DNA of 63,181 bases, the filler included, from Reticulomyxa filosa (taxonomy: Eukaryota; Protista; Foraminifera), in NCBI GenBank assembly GCA_000512085.1. It is 18 parts of 18 records of this genome, joined end to end, with 100 filler letters (N's around TTAATTAATTAA, not from the genome) between each part and the next. Parts side by side here need not be neighbours in the genome. Positions count along the whole stretch, not along the records: positions 51,282 to 54,531 come from ASPP01029622.1; positions 54,632 to 63,181 come from ASPP01018480.1; 16 more parts are not named here. One strand, given 5' to 3'. Made by a program: the position numbers and the translations under genes. Under the pieces are notes generated by a model. That model did no database searches and was not told the DNA's origin. It worked only from the letters and a program-made list of their open reading frames with translations. Shown here piece after piece: positions 51,837 through 63,181 of this stretch; position 1 is the stretch's first letter, and the number at the start of each line of letters is the position of its first letter.

Positions 51837-53300
51837 TGAGCAATATTGAAGAAAAAATCACTATTTGAGTTTTTGTTTAACAATAATGTGAAAAATGCCG
51901 ACGATGTATTGAACAAACTTTCGGCGTTGGACGTGACTTCGAATAATTTGATGGACTATCGTGAAAAAGAAATTGAGTTTTGTTTTTGTTTATTTAAAAA
52001 AAAAAAAAAAATTACAATAAAAAAAACAGAGAACTTTGTGGAGAAGCATCAATAAGTATACTAAGCAAAATTTCGTTGTGTAGCGCATTAAGAAAAGCAA
52101 ATGGAAGTCGATGTCATATTGACTTAAATAATGAAAAATCAATATCAACAGTGATATTACTGCAAAATGAAAATTTTCAATTGAATAGAATATTCGAAGA
52201 ACATAAAAAATTTCAAGAAAAAATGAAAAAATTACAAAAAGAAAAGGATGCAATTGAAGAAAAAGCTATACATGAAAAAAAAAAAGTGAATAAAACGTTT
52301 GATGAAATTATTTTAAAAATAACTCAACATAAAGAAAGATCTTAAATGAACTAAATTTCTTTTCTAACCAAAAATTGACAGAAGTTGATGGAATGGGATT
52401 GCAAATTAGTCAATGGAATTTTAAATTCAATATGGTAGCTGCGGATACCGGTATTGACACAAGCGAAAGAAAAAGACAAATATTACATTTGATCCAAGAA
52501 ATATACCCTCATTTGGATCAGTACGATTCGATATTTGTTGAGGCTCAATCTGATTTTAATGTTGAGCTAAATTATGATATAGCGCTCCAAGTTAATAAAT
52601 TGTTTTTTTGAAAAATAAATAGAAAAAAGTTATTTTTAAATAGGCACTTTGTGAAAATATTCGATTGAATATTGTCCAACATAAATTAAATGACTCTAAT
52701 CGACAAAACGAGTCTCAAGTGCGAATCGAAAATCGAAATCGTCAAAGTGATCAGGACAGTATACCAAATGAAAATCAAAATCGTCAAAGTGATCAGGACA
52801 GCATACCAAGTGAAAATCAAAATCGTCAAAGTGGTCAAGACATCATACCAAGTGAAAATCAACAAAGGAAAAATGAATTACAAGTTGCAATTGCAAATAG
52901 CAGTTAAATAAAAAAAAATCTAAAAATTATTTTTAGTAAACAATTAAAATTTAAAAAAAACATAAAAAGTGAAAGAAATCGTCAATGATACATTCAAATG
53001 TGATTATTGTGGCAAGAATTTATCTTCAAAACAAAACTTAACAAGACACAGACTAATACACTCTGGTTACTTGCTTTGTTTTGCTTTTTGGTGATATGAC
53101 TGACAAAAGGTCAAATAATACACAATAGGATCTAAGCCCTACGTTTGTGCTTATTGCAATAAATGTTACAGGCAAAAAAAAGATCTGGATCTTCATTCTA
53201 AAGTTAAGTTTTTTTTATACAAATACTTTCTTCAATAAAATCAAATTTCATTAAAATGTATAGAGCCACCATGCGAATGTAGAGAATGCCAATCAATAGG
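51837..53300 (+). CDS. Multi-exon protein with coiled coil, 13-aa repeat and two C2H2 zinc fingers (apparent frameshifts)
   Basis: FKCDYCGKNLSSKQNLTRHRLIHSG|SKPYVCAYCNKCYRQKKDLDLH near 52990-53200; upstream coiled-coil exons. Confidence 0.72.
52727..52862 (+). repeat. 39-nt coding tandem repeat encoding ENQNRQSDQDSIP (about 3.3 copies)
   Basis: GAAAATCAAAATCGTCAAAGTGATCAGGACAG.ATACCA repeated. Confidence 0.9.
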
Positions 53301-53379
53301 AGCAATAATTTTTTCAAATTTTTTTTTTTAAATTTGTATTATTCAATTTTTTTTCATCTTTCTTCAAGCATACAATCAA

Positions 53380-53904
53380 TTCACCGCTGTCACAGGTCCA
53401 TTGATAAGAACTATTAGTTATTTTTGTTGTTTGTTTCTGTAGTGGCTTCGCAAAAACGAGACAAAAAAATTTACTCATTAATCTAGGTTCACCAAAAAAA
53501 AAGGGTGGCTTTTTGTGGGAAAAAAAAAAGTGTAACTGTACCACATCCGCAAAAATCATCCCTTGGCAATAATGAACGTAATTCAACCACTGGCCTTGCC
53601 CACCGCAAACGGCAAATACGAGCGCTATCAACAATAGCGTCAATGCCGTCCCATGGTAGAACGTGACTACCCAAATCCACCCGATCAACTCTTTCATCAC
53701 AATGATCTCGTGTGCTTGGTGGCTATGCACATGCTCTTCGATCAACATATTCCCCAAATGCTCCAGAAAGTCTTTCCAATCCTCTGGACTGCTGCTTGTT
53801 GCTATATTGTTACGCAGCCGTGCTGCTTGGATCTGCGCTTCCACGTTGTCTTTCGTCTTCAACTCTCGCCATAACCTCTCGTCTTTGAAAAATGCTTTTA
53901 TCAT
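53380..53904 (-). CDS. Hypothetical protein with a hydrophobic C-terminal segment
   Basis: Coding-like ORF ending in an intron-like T-rich stretch; start uncertain. Confidence 0.45.
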
Positions 53905-54802
53905 TCCTACACCACTTTTTATGGTTGAAAGCTTTTTTTTTTTAACTTTTATTGTCAGTTTCTTTCTTCAAGTGAGAAATTTAAAATTTAGGTTTCTTGA
54001 CCAATTTATTTTTGGGGGAACTTTTACTCATTGATTAAATTTAAAAAAAATTATAATTAAAAAAAAAGCAAAACTAGAGGAAATGCAGATCAATAGCGAA
54101 ACTTACGAACAAATCAGTGTGTTTTCACAATGGCAAAAAAATTATTTTTTCCAGTTTCTTCATGTTGTTGTTAAAATTCAATGTCTGGATACCTCTTATT
54201 GTTACATATATGCTTGTTGATCCCAAAGAGAATGCAATGAAACAACTTCCAGTAATATGGCAACACAGCCCCTTTTTCAAAAGGTAATAAGTCCAATCAA
54301 ACAAAAAGACTTTCTCCCTTCACTATTTGTACGTAAATCAATTAAACACCATGTCAACACAAATTATCGATTCGCAAAAAAGAATGCTGTCGTCGGAAGC
54401 TAGAGAATTCGAACAGTTGGGAAAAACACAAAATGACGTTCTTTGGGACAAACCGTTATTCATCAATAAACTAACCAAAGCTTCAGAAAAAGTGAGTTTA
54501 AAAACAATAACAAATTTCTTTTTTTTTTTTTNNNNNNNNNNNNNNNNNNNNNNNNNNNNNNNNNNNNNNNNNNNNTTAATTAATTAANNNNNNNNNNNNN
54601 NNNNNNNNNNNNNNNNNNNNNNNNNNNNNNNTTTTTTTTTTTATTCTTGGCAAATTTATTGATCAAAAGTAACTAAAAACAACTAAAATTCAATTGCAAA
54701 TTTAATTTCAAAAATTTTTCTGGAAAACGCTTTGCTTCAGAAGTTTGGCCAAAGAAAAAACTCAAGGGACCTCTTCGCGCGAAAGGTAAAAAACGACCAA
54801 GA

Positions 54803-55185
54803 ATGTGCTATCAAAATACATGCAGTACTTGCGGTCTAACAACTTGGGTTGGTTGTGGAAAACACATTGAGTCAGCAATGGAGGGTGTTTCATGGTCTGC
54901 CCGTTGCAAGTGCAAGTCAACAGTTAAGAGTACTTCATGCACTTAAAAAAAAAAGGAAGATTCATGAAAACTTGGCAAACTCTAGTTAATTTGAATTTAT
55001 GTTTTAATACTTACTGGAAACTGCAGAATACTGACATCTACCAAGGGTATTGTGGTGGGTGTAAAGCACACATGCAAGCAACCTCGAAAGCGCACTTGCA
55101 GGAATTATTCTCTGTCCATCAAGCACAATCCCCAAAGTGTAAGTCAACTACAATGACCTTGGAAACAGATCCAGGCAAGTCTTAA
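54803..55185 (+). CDS. Small cysteine-rich protein (MC...TC..CG..TW.GCGxH...RC.C type) with a second putative metal-binding exon; the first exon is absent from the ORF track
   Basis: MCYQNTCSTCGLTTWVGCGKHIESAMEGVSWSARCKCKST|NTDIYQGYCGGCKAHMQ...HQAQSPKC...; phase-0 intron GTTAAG..CTGCAG (~54923-55026). Confidence 0.8.
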
Positions 55186-55370
55186 ATTTTTTTGCAGCTG
55201 AGGCACTTGAAAAATGTATCAACTTGAAATCCATTGTTACTTAGGTTCAGAAAAGATTAAAGTTTTATTTTTAACTTTGTAACTTTACTTGAAAAAGACA
55301 ACAACTGCACTTTCAGTACCTAAGAAGAAGGGAAGTAGCAAAATATTTTGAATCAAAAAAAAAAAAAAAA

Positions 55371-57320
55371 TTGCGTTGCTATCTGGGTGTACTTTTGCTG
55401 TTGTTTTCAGCAGCGATATTGCAATTATGTTCTTGCAAAGATGTCACTTCACTAGAAGATTTCCTTGCACTGAGACTTGATACAGTTGATGCGTTGTTCA
55501 ACTTGGTGTCTGCGCACAAGCGCGTGCTAGTGAACTTTTATAACGCCAGCGATCTATATTCAAGACTGGCCGACTTTGAGTTTTGTCGAGCGGCACAAGT
55601 GGTTCATGCGAACCCAAAGTACACAACAAAGCTGGCAGTGTTTGATTTGACTAACAAGAGCAACAATGCAGACGTGGTTTCATTGGCAAAAGAGTACGAG
55701 ATAAAAGCGGGCGATTATCCGCATTTGCGTTATTTCGTGGATCATGATTTGCACAAGGCACGGAGATACGACGGGAGCCGACATGAGAACGGGATGATAA
55801 AATGGGTGCAATTGCAAGAAGAGACGCCAGTATTCGCAATATCGAATGTGGACATTTGGAGACAGTTTATCAAGGCCCACGACCACACATTGATTGCGTA
55901 TATCCCACCCAATGGAAAACAAGAAGAGCAATACAAAGAATTTTTAGCGACGTTTGAGCGCGTAGCCCAAGCGCATCGCAAATGGAACGACACGCCTATT
56001 GGATTTGGAGTAGTCTATCAAAGTGATCGAATCGTTCCGATGCAGTTCCCGCAGGAATACAAATACCGACGCAATAGGGACGACGAGTGGTTGTCATTGG
56101 ACAATTGCAACGAAGAAGAGGAATTGGACCACATTGCACAAAATGATCCCTACGTATACACACGCACATCCTTACAGCTGCAAATGTTTTTCAAGCCAAG
56201 GGTAATCCTGTATCAAAAGATGGTCAATCCATATCACATCCGATATCACAAAGATATTAAAGAAACGGAATTTGTGTCGCAGCGGTCGTTGCAAGATAAA
56301 AGACTGTTTGACGACTTGATGGGCTTCATTGAGCAAGAGACTCTGCCATTGGTGGAAGAGATCAATGGTATCAATTATCAACGTTACATGAAATATCACA
56401 ATCCCGAAGTATATCAACGCAACTATTCCAACTACAAAACCATGGTGTGGATCGCCTTGGAAGACATGAGTGATCCCAATGAATTGCCATATATCCAAGA
56501 TGCTGTCTCCTTTTATTATGACCTGGCCCAACGATACAAGCATCGTGGACTGCTGTTTGCAATGATCGATTTCCGTCGCTTCCCTGAACACATTCGCATG
56601 CTGGGCATCCCATTTGTTCCTGGACTTTTGATCGTTCATGGACCAAACAAGTTTTTATATCCTCCCCAACAATCCATCATTTCTGCTCCCCACGTTCATG
56701 ACTTTTTTTCTCTTTTTTTCCGTGATATGCTCCCTGTTCATCGCATTGTCCCCGATACTACTCATGACGGAAAAACCACTTTTGGAAATGAAGCTATCAA
56801 ACCTGTCCGTGCGTCGGTTGAGGTACCTTTGCCTGTCTTTTTCGGCTTTGATGGCACTTTGGAGTTTCGATATGGAGTCTATGTGGTCAATGGACGCAAC
56901 GTGGATAAGGCTTTGATTGCGTGGAATGCACATGCTCATATCCTTATGTGCTACTACTTGGAGAGTGATCGCACTTCTCGCCAATTCTTGTTGGAGTTGC
57001 AGAAAATTGCCAAACACTTGTCCCAAGAAGATTGGCTCAAAGAAACCAATCACTCGACGCCGACTATTGCAATGCAAATTAATTGCGAATATAGTGACTG
57101 TCCTGAGATTATCGAAACGTTTCCACATATCCGTTTTTATGCAAAAAATTCTATTCACTCTTTCATTGGAGGGATTGGGGCTTCTTTTCAAGTCAATCAT
57201 GACAATGCCAATGATATTCGTTTTTATAAGGGAGGCGCTGGCTTACACTACTCTGGTGTCTTAAATGCCTTCGATGTTATTGACTCTTTGAAAAATGATT
57301 TGCTACAGAGAAATCTTTGA
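55371..57320 (+). CDS. PDI-family multi-thioredoxin-fold ER protein lacking CxxC
   Basis: Signal peptide; VLVNFYNASDLYSR in place of LVEFYAPWCGHCK; YPHLRYF...RYDGSRH..GMIKW; ETLPLVEEI; FPHIRFY; ends QRNL. ATG not seen (poly-A then TTG). Confidence 0.8.
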   Translation: MRCYLGVLLLLFSAAILQLCSCKDVTSLEDFLALRLDTVDALFNLVSAHKRVLVNFYNASDLYSRLADFEFCRAAQVVHANPKYTTKLAVFDLTNKSNNADVVSLAKEYEIKAGDYPHLRYFVDHDLHKARRYDGSRHENGMIKWVQLQEETPVFAISNVDIWRQFIKAHDHTLIAYIPPNGKQEEQYKEFLATFERVAQAHRKWNDTPIGFGVVYQSDRIVPMQFPQEYKYRRNRDDEWLSLDNCNEEEELDHIAQNDPYVYTRTSLQLQMFFKPRVILYQKMVNPYHIRYHKDIKETEFVSQRSLQDKRLFDDLMGFIEQETLPLVEEINGINYQRYMKYHNPEVYQRNYSNYKTMVWIALEDMSDPNELPYIQDAVSFYYDLAQRYKHRGLLFAMIDFRRFPEHIRMLGIPFVPGLLIVHGPNKFLYPPQQSIISAPHVHDFFSLFFRDMLPVHRIVPDTTHDGKTTFGNEAIKPVRASVEVPLPVFFGFDGTLEFRYGVYVVNGRNVDKALIAWNAHAHILMCYYLESDRTSRQFLLELQKIAKHLSQEDWLKETNHSTPTIAMQINCEYSDCPEIIETFPHIRFYAKNSIHSFIGGIGASFQVNHDNANDIRFYKGGAGLHYSGVLNAFDVIDSLKNDLLQRNL

Positions 57321-58639
57321 GATACTATCACATTGTCGTCAATTTAGGAGGTGTTATCTGAAAGAACAACATTCCTTTTTTTTTTTTTTTTTTTTACCTA
57401 TTGGACGAGTTTTTGTTTGGTGATAAGGTTTTTTATGTTTGCTTTCTAGTTTTAATATGAATAAAAGTAGACGTGTTATTTTTATTTTATTTTCTCATTT
57501 CTTGTGTTGATTTGCTTTTTCAACATTATCGTTAGACTCTTTTTCAATTCGTTTTCGCCGATATTGATAACACGTGGATATTTTTGGTTTTATTCAATCC
57601 GGCTTTGTAAAAACACTACTTTTCTTGCTTTTTCATTTTCTAAAAATACTTAGTAAATTTTAAGATCTCAATTTATTCTATGATTGTTTCATTCTCCTCT
57701 GCTTGGATCATCTGGGCGAGGCATAGACTATTTTACTATGCGAATCAATTTTTGCTTGAATGTGTCAATCAGACATACGTAGAAATCATACAATTGAACT
57801 TGTTCTTCGATTGCCAACTCAAAAGCATAATTTGCTGCTCCTTTATTCACTTGAGGAATGTGTGACCAATCGATCAATTTTTCATTCATGATACATACAC
57901 ACAATACTATACAATAAAGTTTACACTTATGTGACAGGGCAAAGATTAGATTTTAAGAGATAGATATGTGTTACAAACATTGTAAATAATATAATTTTCT
58001 TAACTTTCACTTTTCCATTGTAACGTGATGTATTTGTTCACGTTAAAGTCCAAACAATATTTCCTTCAGAAAGTATTTTTGTAAAGTTTGGAATCTAAAA
58101 GTCGGATTGAGCAAAGTAATTTTGAAAGGGGTTTATGATTGATAGAAGCAAGACTAACTAACATGCAAGCTAAGGCGAGGAAACATTAGTGACAAGAACA
58201 AAGTCAATAATTTAAGACATGATTAAGGAACCTTCTTTTTTCACTCAAGTACAAGAGTAAGTGTAACTTCTTCTCCTTTTCGAACTTTTCAGACATCAAT
58301 CATTAATCTTTTGGTACTCGCAGAGCTCTCTGTGTGTATCTTAAGCACATGTGCTAATGCATTACCACAGCAAACTAATTTTGCTTTGCGTCTTGCTCAT
58401 AATATGTACATGAAGAAACCAAAATTCGCTTCGAGACTTTGGCTATAAGAAAATTTTATTTGTTTTTTTGGTCTCAATCACGAAAGGCATCTAACTTTCG
58501 GCAAATCAAAGAAGACAAAATGAAAGCTTTGAAGTTGATTTCATATTTTTCTTTATGTTTTCATTGTTTATATGTATGTACAAATATAAATGAAAAGAAG
58601 ATAACACCATTCTTTTTCATATTAAAAATAAAGATAATG

Positions 58640-59340
58640 ATTGGTAATGCCATCATTTCGCTACGCTCTCCATTGTAATAAACTGGATATATCATATAGA
58701 TGCAGCACTTGGTATATTTACTATTTATTCTCAAAATTAAAAAGACAATATATTAAGTAGATATAATATTCTTAATTATCTCATTTGATCATATACAATT
58801 CATTTTTATTTGATCGAATATCCCAAAAACGAATTATATTGTCATATGATCCAGAACATATCACATTTGAATTACCAACTTCAACAGCATAAACAGTATT
58901 TGTATATCATTTGAACAATTAAATTTGTTGACAAGATCGAATATACAACAAACGAACACTTTTATCTTTTGATCCAGATAATATTGTAATTCGTTTGATC
59001 CATATTTCAAACTATGCAAAATACTTATATGTCATTTGAATGCATTCAGTTGTTTAGTTGTTTCAATATCCATATTCGAATGATTTCATCAAATGATCCA
59101 GAACAAATTAGTTGAGTGAATGTACTAATTAATTTAGATATGTTAAATATGAAGACAATAGATACATATGTTAAATAAACAGTGAATATTTTAATTTTAA
59201 AAAAAGAACAAATGAGCTAACATAATTGACAACAAATTTGTCAAAATTTTTGATCTATCCTAGTTTAATGTTCGAACCCAATGATGAATAATGATTTGGA
59301 TATATTCTTCATTTGACTTCTTCAATCATAAAGCAAAATG
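58640..59340 (-). pseudogene. WD40-repeat pseudogene
   Basis: ICSGSFDEIIRIWDIETTKQL, SGSKDKSVRL, CSGSYDNIIRFWDIRSNK in broken frames, with stops. Confidence 0.8.
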
Positions 59341-60446
59341 TTAAAAACAATAATAATAAAAATCTAAACAGCTTAAACGAAACTTTCATTAATAAGCTAA
59401 AGTAAATCACTACTTTTACTTTTCATAATCACCAACATCTCCGGAACGTTTTTCTTTTAAAATGTAATTCAGTAAAGAAAATGTTCTGCTATGTTTCTTA
59501 CCTTTCTTTGTCAGTCAACGTGTGAAAGAAACTAATTTTTGATTTGAATTATTGAAAATTAGTTTGGTTCTGAATAAAATAATCAAGGAATTATTACTTA
59601 GTGCAATCAAGTTGACTTTTATTATTTGTTGCTTTAATCAATCCTTTTTATTCCAAGTTTTTCAAATCAAAAACAGAAGAATGAATTAATGTTACAAACA
59701 AATTCCCTCCAATTTAGAAAATTGTCTGCAAATGGATGGCCATTTTTTTCTGTTCCAATTTTATCCTTTTTTAACAAAAGTCCACTCTAGAAAAAACTAG
59801 ATGAAAAATTGGATTAATATTTACTCTTCTAAGTACAAATAATTTGTAGTTTCTATTTTAAAAATAATAAAACTTAATCTTAATTTAATTTTAAAAAGCA
59901 GTACACAACTTTATTAAACTATTTCAAATTAATTGATGAAAAAGTATAATTTATTTAATTTATGCAATTACATAGCATTCGATGAAACGTTTGAAAAATT
60001 TCTTTTAAAAAAATTTCTTGTTTTCATTGAAAAAGAAATCACATGTGTTGTTAAACTTCATATAACCATTTTAATATTTTAAGTATTTTGTGCTCGTAGC
60101 ATTAACTCAGAACAAGATAATAACAAAAACACTTTGGAAGGTTTGCCACAGAGAGATTAAATTGACAGAAGTGTAAGCAAAAAAGGATGAACAAAAATAC
60201 AACTTTCTTAACACATATATGTTTGCAAACAAGTACCGAATATTGACGATTTGTGACAAAGAAGATATCGAAGGGGCTTTTTCCGCTTTAGATAGTTTAA
60301 GTTTGTACAATGCCCTTCAATAAAACTTTATGTTTTTGTTTTCTTAGTCAAACTTTTCTTGAAAGAGCGTGGTCCGTTAAGAGTTTTTCTACCAGTTTTC
60401 AACATAAAAAAAACTTTGGGGCATAACCATAATAGTTAGTCGAATA

Positions 60447-62202
60447 ATGGCAAGTTCTGAAGTAATTGTATTCGATTGCTTAAATGAATATCGAATGAAG
60501 ACGATTGAACAAGAGGTAGTGAAACGGAGCAAGGATAGTGTAAAAACGTTGGAGGTAAATTTTTGTTACATAAACTCAGAGATCATACAGTTATTAACGC
60601 AATTGTTAACAAAACATTCCAATTCGATCAAGAACCTTTTTTTGAGTTATATTTTCTACCTTTGCGACAGTTTCTTTTCTTTTAGGGCAAATGGAAGATT
60701 ATCCAAAAAAAAAAAGGACTAAAATGCACCGTAGTATCAAGAGAGGATTTGTTAAACTTATACTCTGCAATTGACAAATTGAAAGCCTCACTTTGTGCAT
60801 TTGAGTTGATTGTAGATGGAGGAGAGTTATACCCTCAAGATTATTGTGGAATCATGTTTGTTAAAATGATGCCCCATTTTACAAATTTGCAAATGCTGCA
60901 ATTGCATTTGACGGATGCAATGCTAAATAGTTTGACCACTGGTTTAATCAAATACTATAAATTTATATTCCAATGTATCACCTCCTTGCACTCCTTGCAT
61001 ACCATCCGACTTTGTGTGGAGTTGCACAATCGCATGAACAGCGAAGCACCGTTATTCGTTGATCAATTGTATCAAGCCGTTATTGCCAATCCAAACATTC
61101 ATCACGTATATTTACATGAAATAGTCACGTTAAAAAAATGTTTTTATTTTTTTCTTTTTGAAAAATAAAAAAAAAATTGAACATATAAATAATATGCGCA
61201 AAAAGATCGAGACTCAGTTTCGAAATGACAGAGTGTCATAAACACTATGAAAAAAGAGTGAATGAAATTATATTGAAAAATGTGGGATTGGAAACATTGG
61301 ATTTGTCATCGCAAATGACAACAGAAATAGACAATATTTCATTTATAAAGTCGTTGTTGTCATGTAATCGTTGTGTGGAACATTTGAGGCTTCATTATGG
61401 CTGGATCAAATATTTGTTGGATAATAACAGCAGTTATTTGGAATCACCACAGACAATTCTCCAGCATTTGAACAGTTTAATGTACTTGGCAACGTATATT
61501 GAGAAAACTGGAGTTGATTATTTAAAGGGATTAATTCTGAGTTTTGAAGATACCTTTCAACCATCGATCAAGTCAAAATTCAAACAATATTACCAAGTGA
61601 TACTCGAACATTTTATTCCACCATTGTTGCGGGCCATTTCAAAGTGCAACTGTTTGCAAAAAATTGAGCTGGTGCAATTCTTACAAGTTTTACCAGTTGT
61701 TACAGCTGATAAATCTGATCTAAATCAATTTATTTTGAAATCTATATTTTGGTTCGATATATTTCAATTTAATCTATTTTATATATGTATATGTAAATAT
61801 ATATAGTTTATTTGCTTTTTTTTATTGAATTGTCAATCATTTGTTTAACTTTATCAATAAAGCAACAAATTGGGAATGGACACGATCTGTGTATCTTCAT
61901 ATTCGAGAGAAATGGACTTTGTTTGGATGGAATGTGTGGAGAATTACTTTGAAAATTACTTCAAATGCAAAGATTTCATTCAAAAATCCTACTTGAACGA
62001 TATCAAAGATATTGCTGATGAGGTGTTTGGGTTTTTGCCAAATCATTTGAATTTTATTTTAGACGTTCCTTTGGGTTATCTTCATCGAGCTGATCTAAAA
62101 TCACAAGCAGAAGAACTCATGCTTAAATTAAACAATAAATTTGATAGATACCATCTAGTAACTATCAACGTGCAAGAAAATTTTCAAAGATTCCAACTTT
62201 AA
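60447..62202 (+). CDS. Hypothetical RNI/LRR-like protein, about 4-5 exons
   Basis: Successive + ORFs separated by short introns; LxxLxL patterns (SIKNLFL, NLQMLQLHL, SLHTIRL, GLETLDLS, CLQKIEL). Confidence 0.6.
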
Positions 62203-62339
62203 ACTTTTGATTCATATTTTTTTAATTTTGTTACTGCAAAGAATATGTTAATAAAATCAAAATTTATAACTATCAGTATTACATTTGGAACAAAAACATT
62301 TAATCCTGTTTTAAAAATTTTAAGAACGCGACAATATCA

Positions 62340-63150
62340 AATAATGCAATGGCAATTAATTAATCCATATGCTTTTTCTAAAATAAAACAAATCAGAAAC
62401 CTGCGAAAACTTTAAACAAAAGAAATAAGCAACTTGAAATTTCAATTAAAATGTTTTTATAACTGTTAGACCACATGGCCGCGTCAAAAGTAATATAAGG
62501 TTAGTTTGAAGTTTTCACTCCAATCGGAGTAGAATAAACATGATTCTATTTTTTAGTAAGTTTCTTTCATAAAAATACAAATAACTAACTTCTGTTTATT
62601 ATGAAAGAAGATAATACATTTCTCAGAGTCTCTGTTTCAAACTGTAAAAGGATTATCTATAGCTCAGGATTAAAATATAGATTGAAAAACAAGAAACCTT
62701 ACATCAAGAAACTTCATCGTCAGAGCGTTTAGCATTGCTAAAACTTATTCTGTGTAGACTATTGATCAATGGAAGAAGTATTGTGGTCTGATTAGAGTAA
62801 ATGTAATGCTTTTGGTACATATGGTTGTAAGTACTGCGTAGAAGAATTTTGAAAGCACTTAAAGACCAAAATGTGCAATCTACAGTAAAGCATGTCTGTT
62901 GATATATCATAGTTTGGGGCTGTATGGCATGACAAGGCGTTTGTTTTCTGTGCAAAATAGAAGGTAATTTGGATTCTTCATTGCACCCGGACATTCTAGA
63001 CGAATTGATGCAAACTTTGAATTGGTATGGCCTATCAAATTCTGATGTAATCTTTCAACATGACGACGATCCAAAACATATATCTAATTCAACTAAATAA
63101 TAGATACAGTAAATTGCAAAAAAAACTGACATACCTAAATGTCACTATAT
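62340..63150 (+). mobile_element. Tc1/mariner (DD34E) transposase pseudogene
   Basis: Broken frames give SVSTVKR..SGLKYRLKNKKPY, WSD*SK, STVKH...IIVWGCMA, KIEGNLDS, DVIFQHDDDPKHIS. Confidence 0.88.
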
Positions 63151-63181
63151 TAAGAGAATCGATTTTCTACATGAAAATAAA

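Noticed and set aside
9487-54631. Regularly recurring TTAATTAATTAA palindrome
   Set aside because: Artificial six-frame-stop linker inside N runs; not biological, and gene neighbourhoods across it are meaningless.

Overview
This is AT-rich eukaryotic protist DNA made of 18 unrelated contigs joined by an artificial N44-TTAATTAATTAA-N44 linker, so synteny only holds within a contig. The gene style suggests a foraminiferan/rhizarian genome such as Reticulomyxa (inference): short GT-AG introns, many decayed WD40 and NACHT/HEAT pseudogenes, and homopolymer frameshifts. Recognisable genes are RPS3 (with an unusual Q/G/Y-rich tail), a MYCBP/AMY-1 homolog, U6 snRNA, the bc1 hinge subunit QCR6, a PDI-like protein lacking CxxC, CAP-Gly, PH-ankyrin, 7TM and C2H2 zinc-finger genes, a giant ZZEF1/HECTD4-like protein fragment and a Tc1 transposase relic. 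One GC-rich contig is alphaproteobacterial RNase E. The most interesting locus is contig 33123-37461. It holds an OAS (2'-5' oligoadenylate synthetase)-fold gene whose three catalytic aspartates appear replaced. Head-to-head with it lies a ~800-nt non-coding region with two long interleaved inverted repeats (A-B-A'-B', including an ungapped 82-nt pair) followed by several hairpins. This is a candidate structured RNA and possibly a sensor/ligand pair.
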